Shown piece after piece: positions 56,043 through 64,000 of a stretch of DNA of 64,000 bases (the stretch's first letter is position 1; every line of letters starts with the position of its first letter). The translations under genes were made by a program, and so were the position numbers. This stretch comes from a virus. Under the pieces are notes generated by a model. That model was not told where the DNA came from. It saw only the letters and a list, made by a program, of their open reading frames with translations, and did not search any database. The stretch covers positions 33,154 through 97,153 of the IMG/VR virus record IMGVR_UViG_3300026557_000002. One strand, 5' to 3'.

Positions 56043-57286
56043 CCGTTCACCGCTGTCGGGATACTGGACGCCTTCTCGATAAAGTCGTCGCTGTCCGTAT
56101 AGATTACGATGCCGATCAGGCCTTGGATGGCGTCCCAAACAAATGCTTCGGAACTCCGCAGGTTTCCCACGAACCCCATCTCTGCGTGCCATGCATCTGA
56201 GGGACAGAGCGCGGGCAGGATTCGGACACGGACGCCGTTGAATTCCTCGGTCCTCGTTTGATGCTTGTGCCCTGTATGCCACTCGTGAAACAATGTCCTG
56301 CCGAAATCCTGCCTAGCCTCTGTCGCCATCAACAAAGGCAAATTCTTACCCTTGGCTTTGTCTCCGTGCGTGTATCCGATCAGCGTATTACCATATACGT
56401 GGTACTTGCGCGCCGAGGGCTGATTGTCAACAACCACGTCTGTATACTTTGAAAAATAGAGTTCAAGAGAATCGCCTAGATGCCACATTGAGTTATGATC
56501 GTGATTGCCTGGAACTACGATAACTCTAACCTTCTTTGCGATATACCTCAACTTGTTCTCGACCGCTTGTACCAACAGGGTTCGTGCAACCACGTATGTT
56601 TTTTCGTGCCTGAAATCTGATTCAACTTGCGTTCCGGCCGTTGTCTTGCCCGTCGTGTCATCCGAGTTAAGCAGGTCATTGCCTACTACGAACCAGACCT
56701 CCTCATAAGTCGCAAACGGCGAGCGATTAATCAGCGTATCCAAGGCGCGATTGAACAGCTTGGCTGCAATCTTGACATCATAATTCGGGCCTAGCGTTTC
56801 AAGTCCCCAAGCCATCTTACCGAAGTGATGATCGATCAAGTTGATCTCGAGCATTCCGCCTTGAGGGTTCTCGGGTTTCTTGATCGCTTTAGGCTGAGGC
56901 GCGGTCTGCTTAGCCAACTTCATCAGATCTTCTATTTCTTTCTTGACGTTTACGATGTCAACTTTACGTTTCAGAAACGCTTTGACTTGATACAACTCGT
57001 GGTGGGATGCCTTTCCATCAACCACATATCCCATATCCCATTTATTGGCTACGAAACGAGAGACTTCCCAAATTTCTGTATCGATCTCAAACGCTTTAAT
57101 CAATCCCTCAAGCGTATGAATGCGCGTTTTGGGAATACTTATTTCCCAATTATTACCCGAGACTTGGCTGGACTCTTTCAAGTCCTTGATGACCTTTTGC
57201 TGGCAGCCGCAAGTCTTGACATCTGACCGCATCATCTTCTCTTCTTTGCATGCGGGGCAGATTCGTTTTGTGATTTTACGAGGCAT
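56039..57286 (-). CDS. Calcineurin-like metallophosphoesterase
   Basis: DHHFG, GNDLL, GNHD, HGD, GHKH. Confidence 0.88.
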   Translation of the reverse strand: MPRKITKRICPACKEEKMMRSDVKTCGCQQKVIKDLKESSQVSGNNWEISIPKTRIHTLEGLIKAFEIDTEIWEVSRFVANKWDMGYVVDGKASHHELYQVKAFLKRKVDIVNVKKEIEDLMKLAKQTAPQPKAIKKPENPQGGMLEINLIDHHFGKMAWGLETLGPNYDVKIAAKLFNRALDTLINRSPFATYEEVWFVVGNDLLNSDDTTGKTTAGTQVESDFRHEKTYVVARTLLVQAVENKLRYIAKKVRVIVVPGNHDHNSMWHLGDSLELYFSKYTDVVVDNQPSARKYHVYGNTLIGYTHGDKAKGKNLPLLMATEARQDFGRTLFHEWHTGHKHQTRTEEFNGVRVRILPALCPSDAWHAEMGFVGNLRSSEAFVWDAIQGLIGIVIYTDSDDFIEKASSIPTAVNG

Positions 57287-57902
57287 AAGTCCTCTGTTCT
57301 TCAAAATCAAACAATATTCCATTCTCTCGGAGTTCCCAATTGAACGTTTTATTAGTTATCTCTCCGTTTCCATTCCCAAGATTAATCCAAGACTCTTTTC
57401 CTGATGAGAATGACCCGCCCTCTCCTGAAATAGCTTCTTGGAACGGTATCAAAGATGTATCTGGGGGAATTAAAAAGTGAACCCTGATTTGAGTACCCCA
57501 CTTATTTCTCTGAATAGAAGCTTCAGGCAAAGTTGTATCCTTATTTAATCGTTGGTGATATTCGTCCTCAAAAATTTCCGGTTCCGAGGTTTCTACAGTT
57601 AGCCGATACCAAGTAGACTGTAAGTATTCGACAAAATCTACGAATTCTTGTTTTCCTACATACTGGCGAATAATCTCTCGTGCGCGTTGCTTTTTATTTT
57701 TATACTTGGCTGAGAAAACTTTCTTGGGCGACGGTGTTTCCAGTATTGTTAAAACTGATAGATCATCAATTATCCACTCTCCATCTAATCCTTTAGCGAG
57801 CCAAGAACCGCTAGATAGCTCTTTGATGAGTTCCATCTTTCCGTTTTGAGGATGAGAAACAATCTGGCCTATTGAATACACTGCTTGCTCTCCTTTCCCC
57901 AC
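57276..57902 (-). CDS. Hypothetical protein
   Basis: AT-rich ORF; start uncertain. Confidence 0.55.
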   Translation of the reverse strand: MGKGEQAVYSIGQIVSHPQNGKMELIKELSSGSWLAKGLDGEWIIDDLSVLTILETPSPKKVFSAKYKNKKQRAREIIRQYVGKQEFVDFVEYLQSTWYRLTVETSEPEIFEDEYHQRLNKDTTLPEASIQRNKWGTQIRVHFLIPPDTSLIPFQEAISGEGGSFSSGKESWINLGNGNGEITNKTFNWELRENGILFDFEEQRTYAS

Positions 57903-59062
57903 CCATCGAAACCTTGGATTTCCCTTCGATTAAACATGTCCAATCGCCGACCACCGGTAATGCGGCGCAATAGGTCATAGAATTCTTCCGGTTTTTCGCT
58001 GTGTTTGCCGCGAGGTGCCTCGAATACAGTAAAAAATTTCTTAGTATCTATAAATTTTGGTGACCCTTTTCGAGCATAAACAGCAAATTCACCATTATAT
58101 TGAGGAAGCCCTATAGGCTGAAATCCACCCGGTTTATGCCAGACAAAAACACAAACATACTTCATCTTCCATGATTCGAGGAGATCGAAGGCATTTGGAA
58201 GGAACTTCTGCGTAGTCCACAAGAACACATGAGCGTCTGCGTCTGTGTGTTTTTTTAGGGCGGCTCCGACCTCCTCATCAATCTTCTCTAAACTCATTGT
58301 CGGGTAATCGAACTTAACTTGATTGGGGCGCTCGTCTCGCTCGATTTTTTCCATAGGCCATGGAGGATCGATTACGAACACATCGTATTTGCCAGAAATT
58401 TCTTTGGCTTTAATGGCTTCAACCGAAGATAACTTTTCAATCAAATCTTCTCGACGAACAGTACGCTTAGCTTCTGCTAGAGATATCTCTCCTGAGCGTA
58501 CTTTCTCCAATAGCGCGGGCGAGCTCTTTTTAATTTCTTGAACTGTTCTAAGCTTTCTCTCTGGCACATTTGCTTCTTTAGCGATTTCTTTTCTTGTATC
58601 TCTATAAGTTGTTTTGTTTCTATCATTTAACGTCTCGGACGCATTGTCCGAATCGTTAAGCCGTTGATTAGATAAGGGTTTAACCGATCCTGCGATTTTA
58701 GCTGCTTCTGACTTAGCAATACTTGATCGCCATTCTCTGATCTCATTAGCGATAACAGATCTCTGGTCATCTGTAAGATTTCTGCGGCCTAATTGGCGCT
58801 CCCCTATCCAAAGTTTTGTGTGTTCTCGATCTTCTAAATCAAGAAACACGACCTCAAATTTTTTGTTGTGCTTCTCACAAATTTTATATCTATTATGTCC
58901 GTCAATAAGAATGATTTTACCATCATATTTCCAAATTGATAATGGCTCTTGACAACCATCTCGAAGAATATTCGCTTCAAGTTGCTTAAACTCTTCTGGC
59001 TGAAGAGAGGGAATCAATTTCTGAAATTCTCGATCAATTATTAGTTGGAGTTTATTCATCAT
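57869..59062 (-). CDS. ParB-like domain fused to MT-A70 adenine methyltransferase
   Basis: LIDGHNRY, GRRNLT; DPPW, LWTT, HSEKP, DMFNR...WG. Confidence 0.9.
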   Translation of the reverse strand: MMNKLQLIIDREFQKLIPSLQPEEFKQLEANILRDGCQEPLSIWKYDGKIILIDGHNRYKICEKHNKKFEVVFLDLEDREHTKLWIGERQLGRRNLTDDQRSVIANEIREWRSSIAKSEAAKIAGSVKPLSNQRLNDSDNASETLNDRNKTTYRDTRKEIAKEANVPERKLRTVQEIKKSSPALLEKVRSGEISLAEAKRTVRREDLIEKLSSVEAIKAKEISGKYDVFVIDPPWPMEKIERDERPNQVKFDYPTMSLEKIDEEVGAALKKHTDADAHVFLWTTQKFLPNAFDLLESWKMKYVCVFVWHKPGGFQPIGLPQYNGEFAVYARKGSPKFIDTKKFFTVFEAPRGKHSEKPEEFYDLLRRITGGRRLDMFNRREIQGFDGWGKESKQCIQ

Positions 59063-59751
59063 GGTTTGATAATCTCCCGCCCAATAAATCCTGTAACAAA
59101 TCCAATTCCAAACCAGCGAAATTTAGACTTTCGGCACTTCGCCTTCTCTGCGTTCAGAACTTTCGTATCACTGTCGATCTGCACGGCAAGGACCTTCTTA
59201 TCCTCGGCAATTATGGATATCTGCCCAGAGATTGTGTCGCCTTGATTCTTGATGATGCCTGCTTGCTGGACAACTGTCTGGGCGTCTGCCAAGCCTTGGT
59301 CTAGCTTCGCGACGATTTCTTGGCCTAGGGGGAGCGGGACGATTAAATCTTGACTTACATCAAGCGTGATGGCGCCTTGTTTAAATCCCGTCAGAGTCTC
59401 AATCCTGTGTCCGAGCTCCGGCGCAGGCAGTGCTTTGTCGTGTATGATCTGGACTTGGGCCTGTTTCTGGAGCGCTAGGATCGTTTGCTGGAACTGCGCA
59501 TTCTGGAGATCGCGCTGGGCTTGGGCTTGGGCGAAAGCCGCTGTCAGTTGTGCCGAGTGGTCTTTCTCGACGGCTAGCGCCTGCTCTGCAGCGGTAGCTC
59601 GGGCCTCTTGGAGGGCTGCGTACTTCGACTCTACGGTGTAGATGCCTAAACCTAGAGCGGCGGCCAGCAAGAGATAGAGTACGATGTGATGCGTACTGAG
59701 GAATACTCCGGCCTGTTTTTCAATCCCTTGGATGTCGGTACTAATGCTCAT
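59059..59751 (-). CDS. Membrane-anchored coiled-coil protein (spanin-like)
   Basis: N-terminal TM, coiled coil, hydrophobic C-terminus. Confidence 0.45.
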   Translation of the reverse strand: MSISTDIQGIEKQAGVFLSTHHIVLYLLLAAALGLGIYTVESKYAALQEARATAAEQALAVEKDHSAQLTAAFAQAQAQRDLQNAQFQQTILALQKQAQVQIIHDKALPAPELGHRIETLTGFKQGAITLDVSQDLIVPLPLGQEIVAKLDQGLADAQTVVQQAGIIKNQGDTISGQISIIAEDKKVLAVQIDSDTKVLNAEKAKCRKSKFRWFGIGFVTGFIGREIIKP

Positions 59752-59789
59752 TTTACCTCTGTCGGGGTACAACTGTTGTAGAGAGGGTA

Positions 59790-60221
59790 TTACGACTTAT
59801 TCGCCTTCGCTTTTTCTTTATCCCGTCTCTTGATGAACGCCTTGTGCTCTTTAGTTCCGATCCGGCCAGGCCAACCGTATACCTCGCGGCCCAAGGCTTG
59901 GACGGCCGGCGGGCTTCGGAGGTATTCGGCTGTCTTGAGGACGATGCCAATTAAGGTTACGCCCTCGATTTTATGCAGGCCGTACCGCTTGAAAGCGTTC
60001 TCGATTTTACCCAAAAGGATGTTGCAGCGCAGGCACAGCAGGCCGCGGAACAAGCCCGAATCATGTACGTGATCGGTAGATAGTCTCTGATCGCGTTTGT
60101 TAGCGTGTCCGCATATAAAGCATTTGTGACCCTGGAATGAATTGACCGTCTCCCACTCCTGGATTGTGAGGTTGTAATTGTTGAACAGCCTCTTGGCTCT
60201 GGTTTTTTCGGATTCCATCAC
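59790..60221 (-). CDS. Endonuclease VII-family nuclease
   Basis: YNLT, CFIC, DHVH...RGLLC..CN..LG. Confidence 0.9.
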   Translation of the reverse strand: MMESEKTRAKRLFNNYNLTIQEWETVNSFQGHKCFICGHANKRDQRLSTDHVHDSGLFRGLLCLRCNILLGKIENAFKRYGLHKIEGVTLIGIVLKTAEYLRSPPAVQALGREVYGWPGRIGTKEHKAFIKRRDKEKAKANKS

Positions 60222-61090
60222 AGGAGCCGCTGTAGGGTATTACGAGATTCCATCTCCCGTTTCGCCACTCGCGTAGATTGCCTGCCCAAGTATCATCGTA
60301 CTCAATCACCTTAATATCGCCTGAGCGGATAGCCGCTAGCGTCAGGGACTCAAGCGGGACCTTGCCTAGGCTGACGGGCTTGGGCGGAAAGACCGCAGAT
60401 AGAATCAGAGCTATCATGTCCTGTACAGACCTGTATGGAAACCGTGAATGGTAAAATATCGACCGCCTTCGGGGTGCCTAGAAAAGAATCGAATCGTTGA
60501 GACTTCGGGACCATCTGAGGTAGGATCATATCTGAGAACATTACCGATGTTACATTTCTGAAAGTGTCTCTCGTGAGCAGAGATCGGCTCTGAATCATAA
60601 TAAAAACTTCCGTTTATATCGGTACCGATCACTTTGCCTCCTGTGTTTGAATCAAACAACCTTGGCATGAGTCAACCATCTTGCCAGTAAAGTCTTGGTT
60701 CTCGGGACGCTGATATCCGACTACATTCTTGGATCTTTCGGTCGGGTGCGTCTTGTCGCTTTTGTTACAGAAATGACAACGGTCTTTGTCATACGGTCCG
60801 TTTTGCTCACTCATTATTCCTCCAAGTCTCCAAGACAGAGTCCGTAATGCAGATAGCAATCAAGAGAAGGATTAATCCTGTGACTACGCCGACGATCATC
60901 GCTTTCTCCCTTTATTGCCTACTTCTCGTTTTTCCCGACAGAGATCGCAACGAGAGCCTTGTTGAGCGTCTCGGAAACATCTGAGACAGGTCAGGATTAC
61001 CTCTTGGCCATCTCCGGCTTGGTCAGAGCGTTTCTGATTCCTCTCGCGAAAGAACGAACGACGGTAGTTCGTTGGTACAATCAGCGTCAT
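60100..61090 (-). other. Run of small hypothetical ORFs
   Basis: Several 60-105 aa overlapping ORFs in the track. Confidence 0.45.
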
Positions 61091-61594
61091 TTAAGACTTC
61101 GGCATCCAGTCTTTATACAACTTGCCAACGATGGCAGGTTTATCCGCGGCGTCATAACCGAGGCGCCAAAGTGAACTCGATGCTCGGACTTTGGATAAAG
61201 ATTCGGCCCTCCACCCGTTTTTCTTTTTTCTTCCTTCCTCAAATGCTCGGTACCCGGCCTGAAACCATTCCTTCTCGAGAGCCAGTATTTCGGCTTGCGT
61301 ATTCTCCGCCTTTCTGGACTTATTCGCCATCTCAAAGATGTCAACAACCTCGCGGACGCTTAGCTCAAACCATCCCGGTCGTGCTTGTTTGGGTGCCAGA
61401 TGTGCGACCAAGCTATTCTCTGAGGCTGTCGCCTGATCCCAATTAGTCATTCTCAGGTCCCCGTCTGACCTTAACTCAACCGGGGAATGCAACTGGAACA
61501 TCTTGAGGCGCGTCTCGGGATCATGTGTCCTGCCGATATTGACTAATCCGAGTTCTGGTGCGCGGATGAAAGACAAGTAGCTTCTGGATTTCAT
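61091..61594 (-). CDS. T5orf172 / GIY-YIG-like protein
   Basis: FIRA...VNIGRT..PETRL..FQ..SP..L, E...H, GWF. Confidence 0.65.
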   Translation of the reverse strand: MKSRSYLSFIRAPELGLVNIGRTHDPETRLKMFQLHSPVELRSDGDLRMTNWDQATASENSLVAHLAPKQARPGWFELSVREVVDIFEMANKSRKAENTQAEILALEKEWFQAGYRAFEEGRKKKNGWRAESLSKVRASSSLWRLGYDAADKPAIVGKLYKDWMPKS

Positions 61595-61596
61595 AT

Positions 61597-62143
61597 TTAA
61601 AGCCCACACGAACGGCGGTAATGCGGACACAACTCGTACTTAGATTTTGCGGGACTCAGGCAGCCGCACGGGAGTTCAATAAGTTTGGGTGCTTTCAAAC
61701 TCAACCCCGGATGTTCGCTCAATAAACCTCTGCCTTCTTCAATGGCTCTTTTGAGCCTTTGGTCTGCTTCTCGAATCTCATCTTGTACTCGATCTCTCAT
61801 CCAATTAAGTTCGTTCATTCGTTTTTGTGCTTCGGCTTTCGTCATAAACCCCCCTTGAATTTTATTCTTAGACCAAAACAAGGTATCGGGCAAATGTATA
61901 AAACTTGGTTTTTTGTATCCCAATATGCACCGATCCACAAATCATACCACCGAAAAAATAGTTCAAAGCCCATTAGTCTTTGTAGGGCTTTCGTTTTATA
62001 AAACAGAAAAACTTTTCCTTGCAAGTCTCACATAAAAGTTTTGAGTAATCCCCAAACCATTCATGGATATTAAACCATCCCGATTTTCTCCCCTCGCTTT
62101 TTGCTCCACATCGATCACAAGTGTAAATGGTTATTTCTGCCAT
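61597..62143 (-). other. Three small hypothetical ORFs
   Basis: 61597-61845, 61842-62024, 61973-62143 (GGAGG RBS, CDRC...CETC). Confidence 0.5.
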
Positions 62144-62200
62144 TGGTCCTCCATGCATTGCATTAAATTACTTTTGCATCTTGGCGTCAATAGTACTTCT

Positions 62201-62453
62201 GTACTGGTACCACCCCATTTCTAATCTCGTTTTACTCCCTAGTGCGAGAGAAAAATCTATATAGAGGGGTCAAGACACGAACTCTCGGTACCCCGTGAAG
62301 TACTCCCCCGTTCAGGATCCTGATCTGGAAAAACTCGTTAGCTAAAAACATAGCGGTTTTCAAAATCTGAGTGTTTTTCACAGCAAATGTCAAAATATTT
62401 TAGTCCTATCGGTACTAGTACGTAAAAATTTCGTAGGTCTAGCGTACTGGTAC
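62201..62453. promoter_or_regulatory. Three GTAC-N2-GTAC palindromic sites
   Basis: GTACTGGTAC 62201, GTACTAGTAC 62412, gcGTACTGGTACgc 62444. Confidence 0.4.
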
Positions 62454-62622
62454 GCAATAGCAATCTAATGGCCGAATTGTCTAGGCACACTTCACCTATC
62501 TGCCGGCCGATTAGCCTACTTGTGAGGCATGCGGAATACCGCGTCTGGTAGGCAGAATGTCAGAATGCCGGCCAGAGCGAACAGGTAGACAAATAGCATT
62601 AGGGTTTCCACGATCCTCCTAT

Positions 62623-62708
62623 CATGGCCAAGATAACTAACATGGCCAAGATAACTAACATGGCCAAGATAACTAACATGGCCAAGATAACTAACATGGC
62701 CATGTTAG
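62623..62708. repeat. Four perfect 18-bp tandem repeats ending in an 18-bp palindrome (iteron-like)
   Basis: CATGGCCAAGATAACTAA x4, then CTAACATGGCCATGTTAG at 62691-62708. Confidence 0.95.
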
Positions 62709-62784
62709 CGCGAACGCGCGCTATAATGAACGCTACGCCGTCTAGCGTCCATTCTGGCGAACGTTAACAGGGTTTAGGTGTGAC

Positions 62785-63021
62785 TTACTCGCCTGCAGGG
62801 ATAAGCTGGTTAACAAGCTTGGAATGATAGGGTACGATTCCACACATACCCCATATTTTGGTATACTCGCCGTCCCGCGCGTCAACAAAGAATGCGTCAT
62901 AATCGCCCGCGGCCGTGCCTAGATGCTCCCTGATCGCTTGCACGTCTTGAGAGTCTGAAACGAATTGTAGATGCTGGCCTAGATTCGCTACTGTTCGCAT
63001 TTTGTTCTGACTCAATACCAT
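62785..63021 (-). CDS. Hypothetical early-type protein
   Basis: GAGGG RBS; 78 aa. Confidence 0.6.
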   Translation of the reverse strand: MVLSQNKMRTVANLGQHLQFVSDSQDVQAIREHLGTAAGDYDAFFVDARDGEYTKIWGMCGIVPYHSKLVNQLIPAGE

Positions 63022-63079
63022 ACACCCTCTTTTCTTAGATTAGATTCTTGGAACGTAACAGGCAGAGCAAGGCGAGTAC

Positions 63080-63463
63080 CTACAGACAGGGACTTGTAAA
63101 GACTTGCCCGTTATCCCCTACGTAGAGGTCACACTCGCCGAAACTGTGCGCGATCTCTGTCAAGGCGTCGCCGATTGCCTTTGGATAATCTCCGTCCCAA
63201 AAGCCAGCGCCGTGATGATTGCGGGTGAGCCAAAAGTCGTGTGCTATCGGGCAGTGTTCAAAGTCTCCCGATACGTAATCTAACGCATTGACGGCCTTAA
63301 CATACTCTGCTTGGAAACGTTCGCAGTCTGCCTCAAATTGTGCAAGAGTTTCTGGCGATATCTCTGCATTTGAATATTTCGAATCATCCAGCGGGATCCC
63401 GAATTCGTCCGTGCTAGACCATAGAGCAGTTTCAATATAAGACTGGACAAACTTGCTAGGTAT
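63080..63463 (-). CDS. Phage protein with HDFWLTRNxHGAGFWD motif, lacking a canonical start (ATA)
   Basis: 127-codon open frame after TAAGGAGG; missing from the ORF track. Confidence 0.7.
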   Translation of the reverse strand: MPSKFVQSYIETALWSSTDEFGIPLDDSKYSNAEISPETLAQFEADCERFQAEYVKAVNALDYVSGDFEHCPIAHDFWLTRNHHGAGFWDGDYPKAIGDALTEIAHSFGECDLYVGDNGQVFTSPCL

Positions 63464-63522
63464 ACATCCTCCTTAGGCGAATCGTGCAAGGCGCCGCAAA
63501 CGATGCGCCTTGACCGTCTAGC

Positions 63523-64000
63523 CTAATCGTAATTCTCTGCCTCAATCCGGGTAAGGAAAAAATGGATTCCTCCTCCGCATTCTGTGAACCTGTCCGTATT
63601 CCAGTTATCGCACCGAACTACTTCGCCTTTGACGTAGGTTGTTTTTGAGTCGTGTTTAGAGACTCCCTTAGTCGCGCCGATAACGTCTAGGACGGTCACA
63701 TACTCTGCACGGCATTTCCGGCCCGTAGCATTAGACCGTTTAGCGTCCACAGGTATTTGAACCTGAACCAAAACACTATCTTGGCATAGTTTCCAGCCGA
63801 TGAATGATCCGTGTTCAGGAACGATAGAAGTTTGCGCTAAAGCTAATTCCGCATTCTCCGCACTGCACAGGTCCGCACCGCGCAGGTCCGCACCGTGCAG
63901 GTTCGCACTGGACAGGTTCGCACTGGACAGGTCCGCACCGCGCAGGTTCGCACTGGACAGGTTCGCACTGCACAGGTCCGCACCGCGCAGGTCCGCACCG
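63523..64000 (-). CDS. Pentapeptide-repeat protein with DUF5758-like C-terminal domain (5' end outside window)
   Basis: 15-bp repeats encoding GADLR/SANLS; GSFIGWK, AKRSNATGRKCRA, CGGGIHFF. Confidence 0.9.
   Translation of the reverse strand, partial: GADLRGADLCSANLSSANLRGADLSSANLSSANLHGADLRGADLCSAENAELALAQTSIVPEHGSFIGWKLCQDSVLVQVQIPVDAKRSNATGRKCRAEYVTVLDVIGATKGVSKHDSKTTYVKGEVVRCDNWNTDRFTECGGGIHFFLTRIEAENYD

Noticed and set aside
62623-62700. CRISPR array
   Set aside because: Repeats are contiguous 18-mers with no spacers, and there are no cas genes
63860-64000. Non-coding 15-bp tandem repeat
   Set aside because: It encodes the pentapeptide repeats of a CDS
1-64000. tRNA/rRNA genes, reverse transcriptase (DGR, retron), capsid, portal, terminase
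   Set aside because: None recognised by eye; head and packaging genes presumably lie outside the window

Overview
The window is about 64 kb of a tailed bacteriophage genome, probably a temperate podovirus-like phage; the host cannot be identified from sequence. On the + strand (1-13.3 kb) is the end of the virion module: a large tail protein, a fibre-like protein, a GNAT-like gene, three putative ejection proteins (the largest with an FtsH/M41-like HExxH domain) and a separately promoted glycosyltransferase. The rest is on the - strand. It includes a tyrosine recombinase, an AAA ATPase beside a SprT-like protease, three DNA methyltransferase loci, a GH108 lysis cassette, a recombination module (SSAP, UvrD, PD-(D/E)XK), a two-gene family A DNA polymerase, a primase-polymerase/helicase, an SSB, a DnaQ-like exonuclease, nucleotide-metabolism enzymes and endonuclease VII. 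An iteron-like non-coding region and early-type genes end the window. The most striking feature is a ~14 kb glycan-biosynthesis island (24.5-38.9 kb): nine putative soluble glycosyltransferases (including near-adjacent GT31, GT6, GT2 and GT11, the families that build ABO/H-type epitopes), Gmd, a sugar C-methyltransferase, two FkbM-like methyltransferases and a UDP-GlcNAc dehydratase/reductase pair, with no flippase or polymerase. The best explanation is a phage-encoded virion glycosylation system, but that is inference. All family calls come from recognising motifs by eye; no database search was run.
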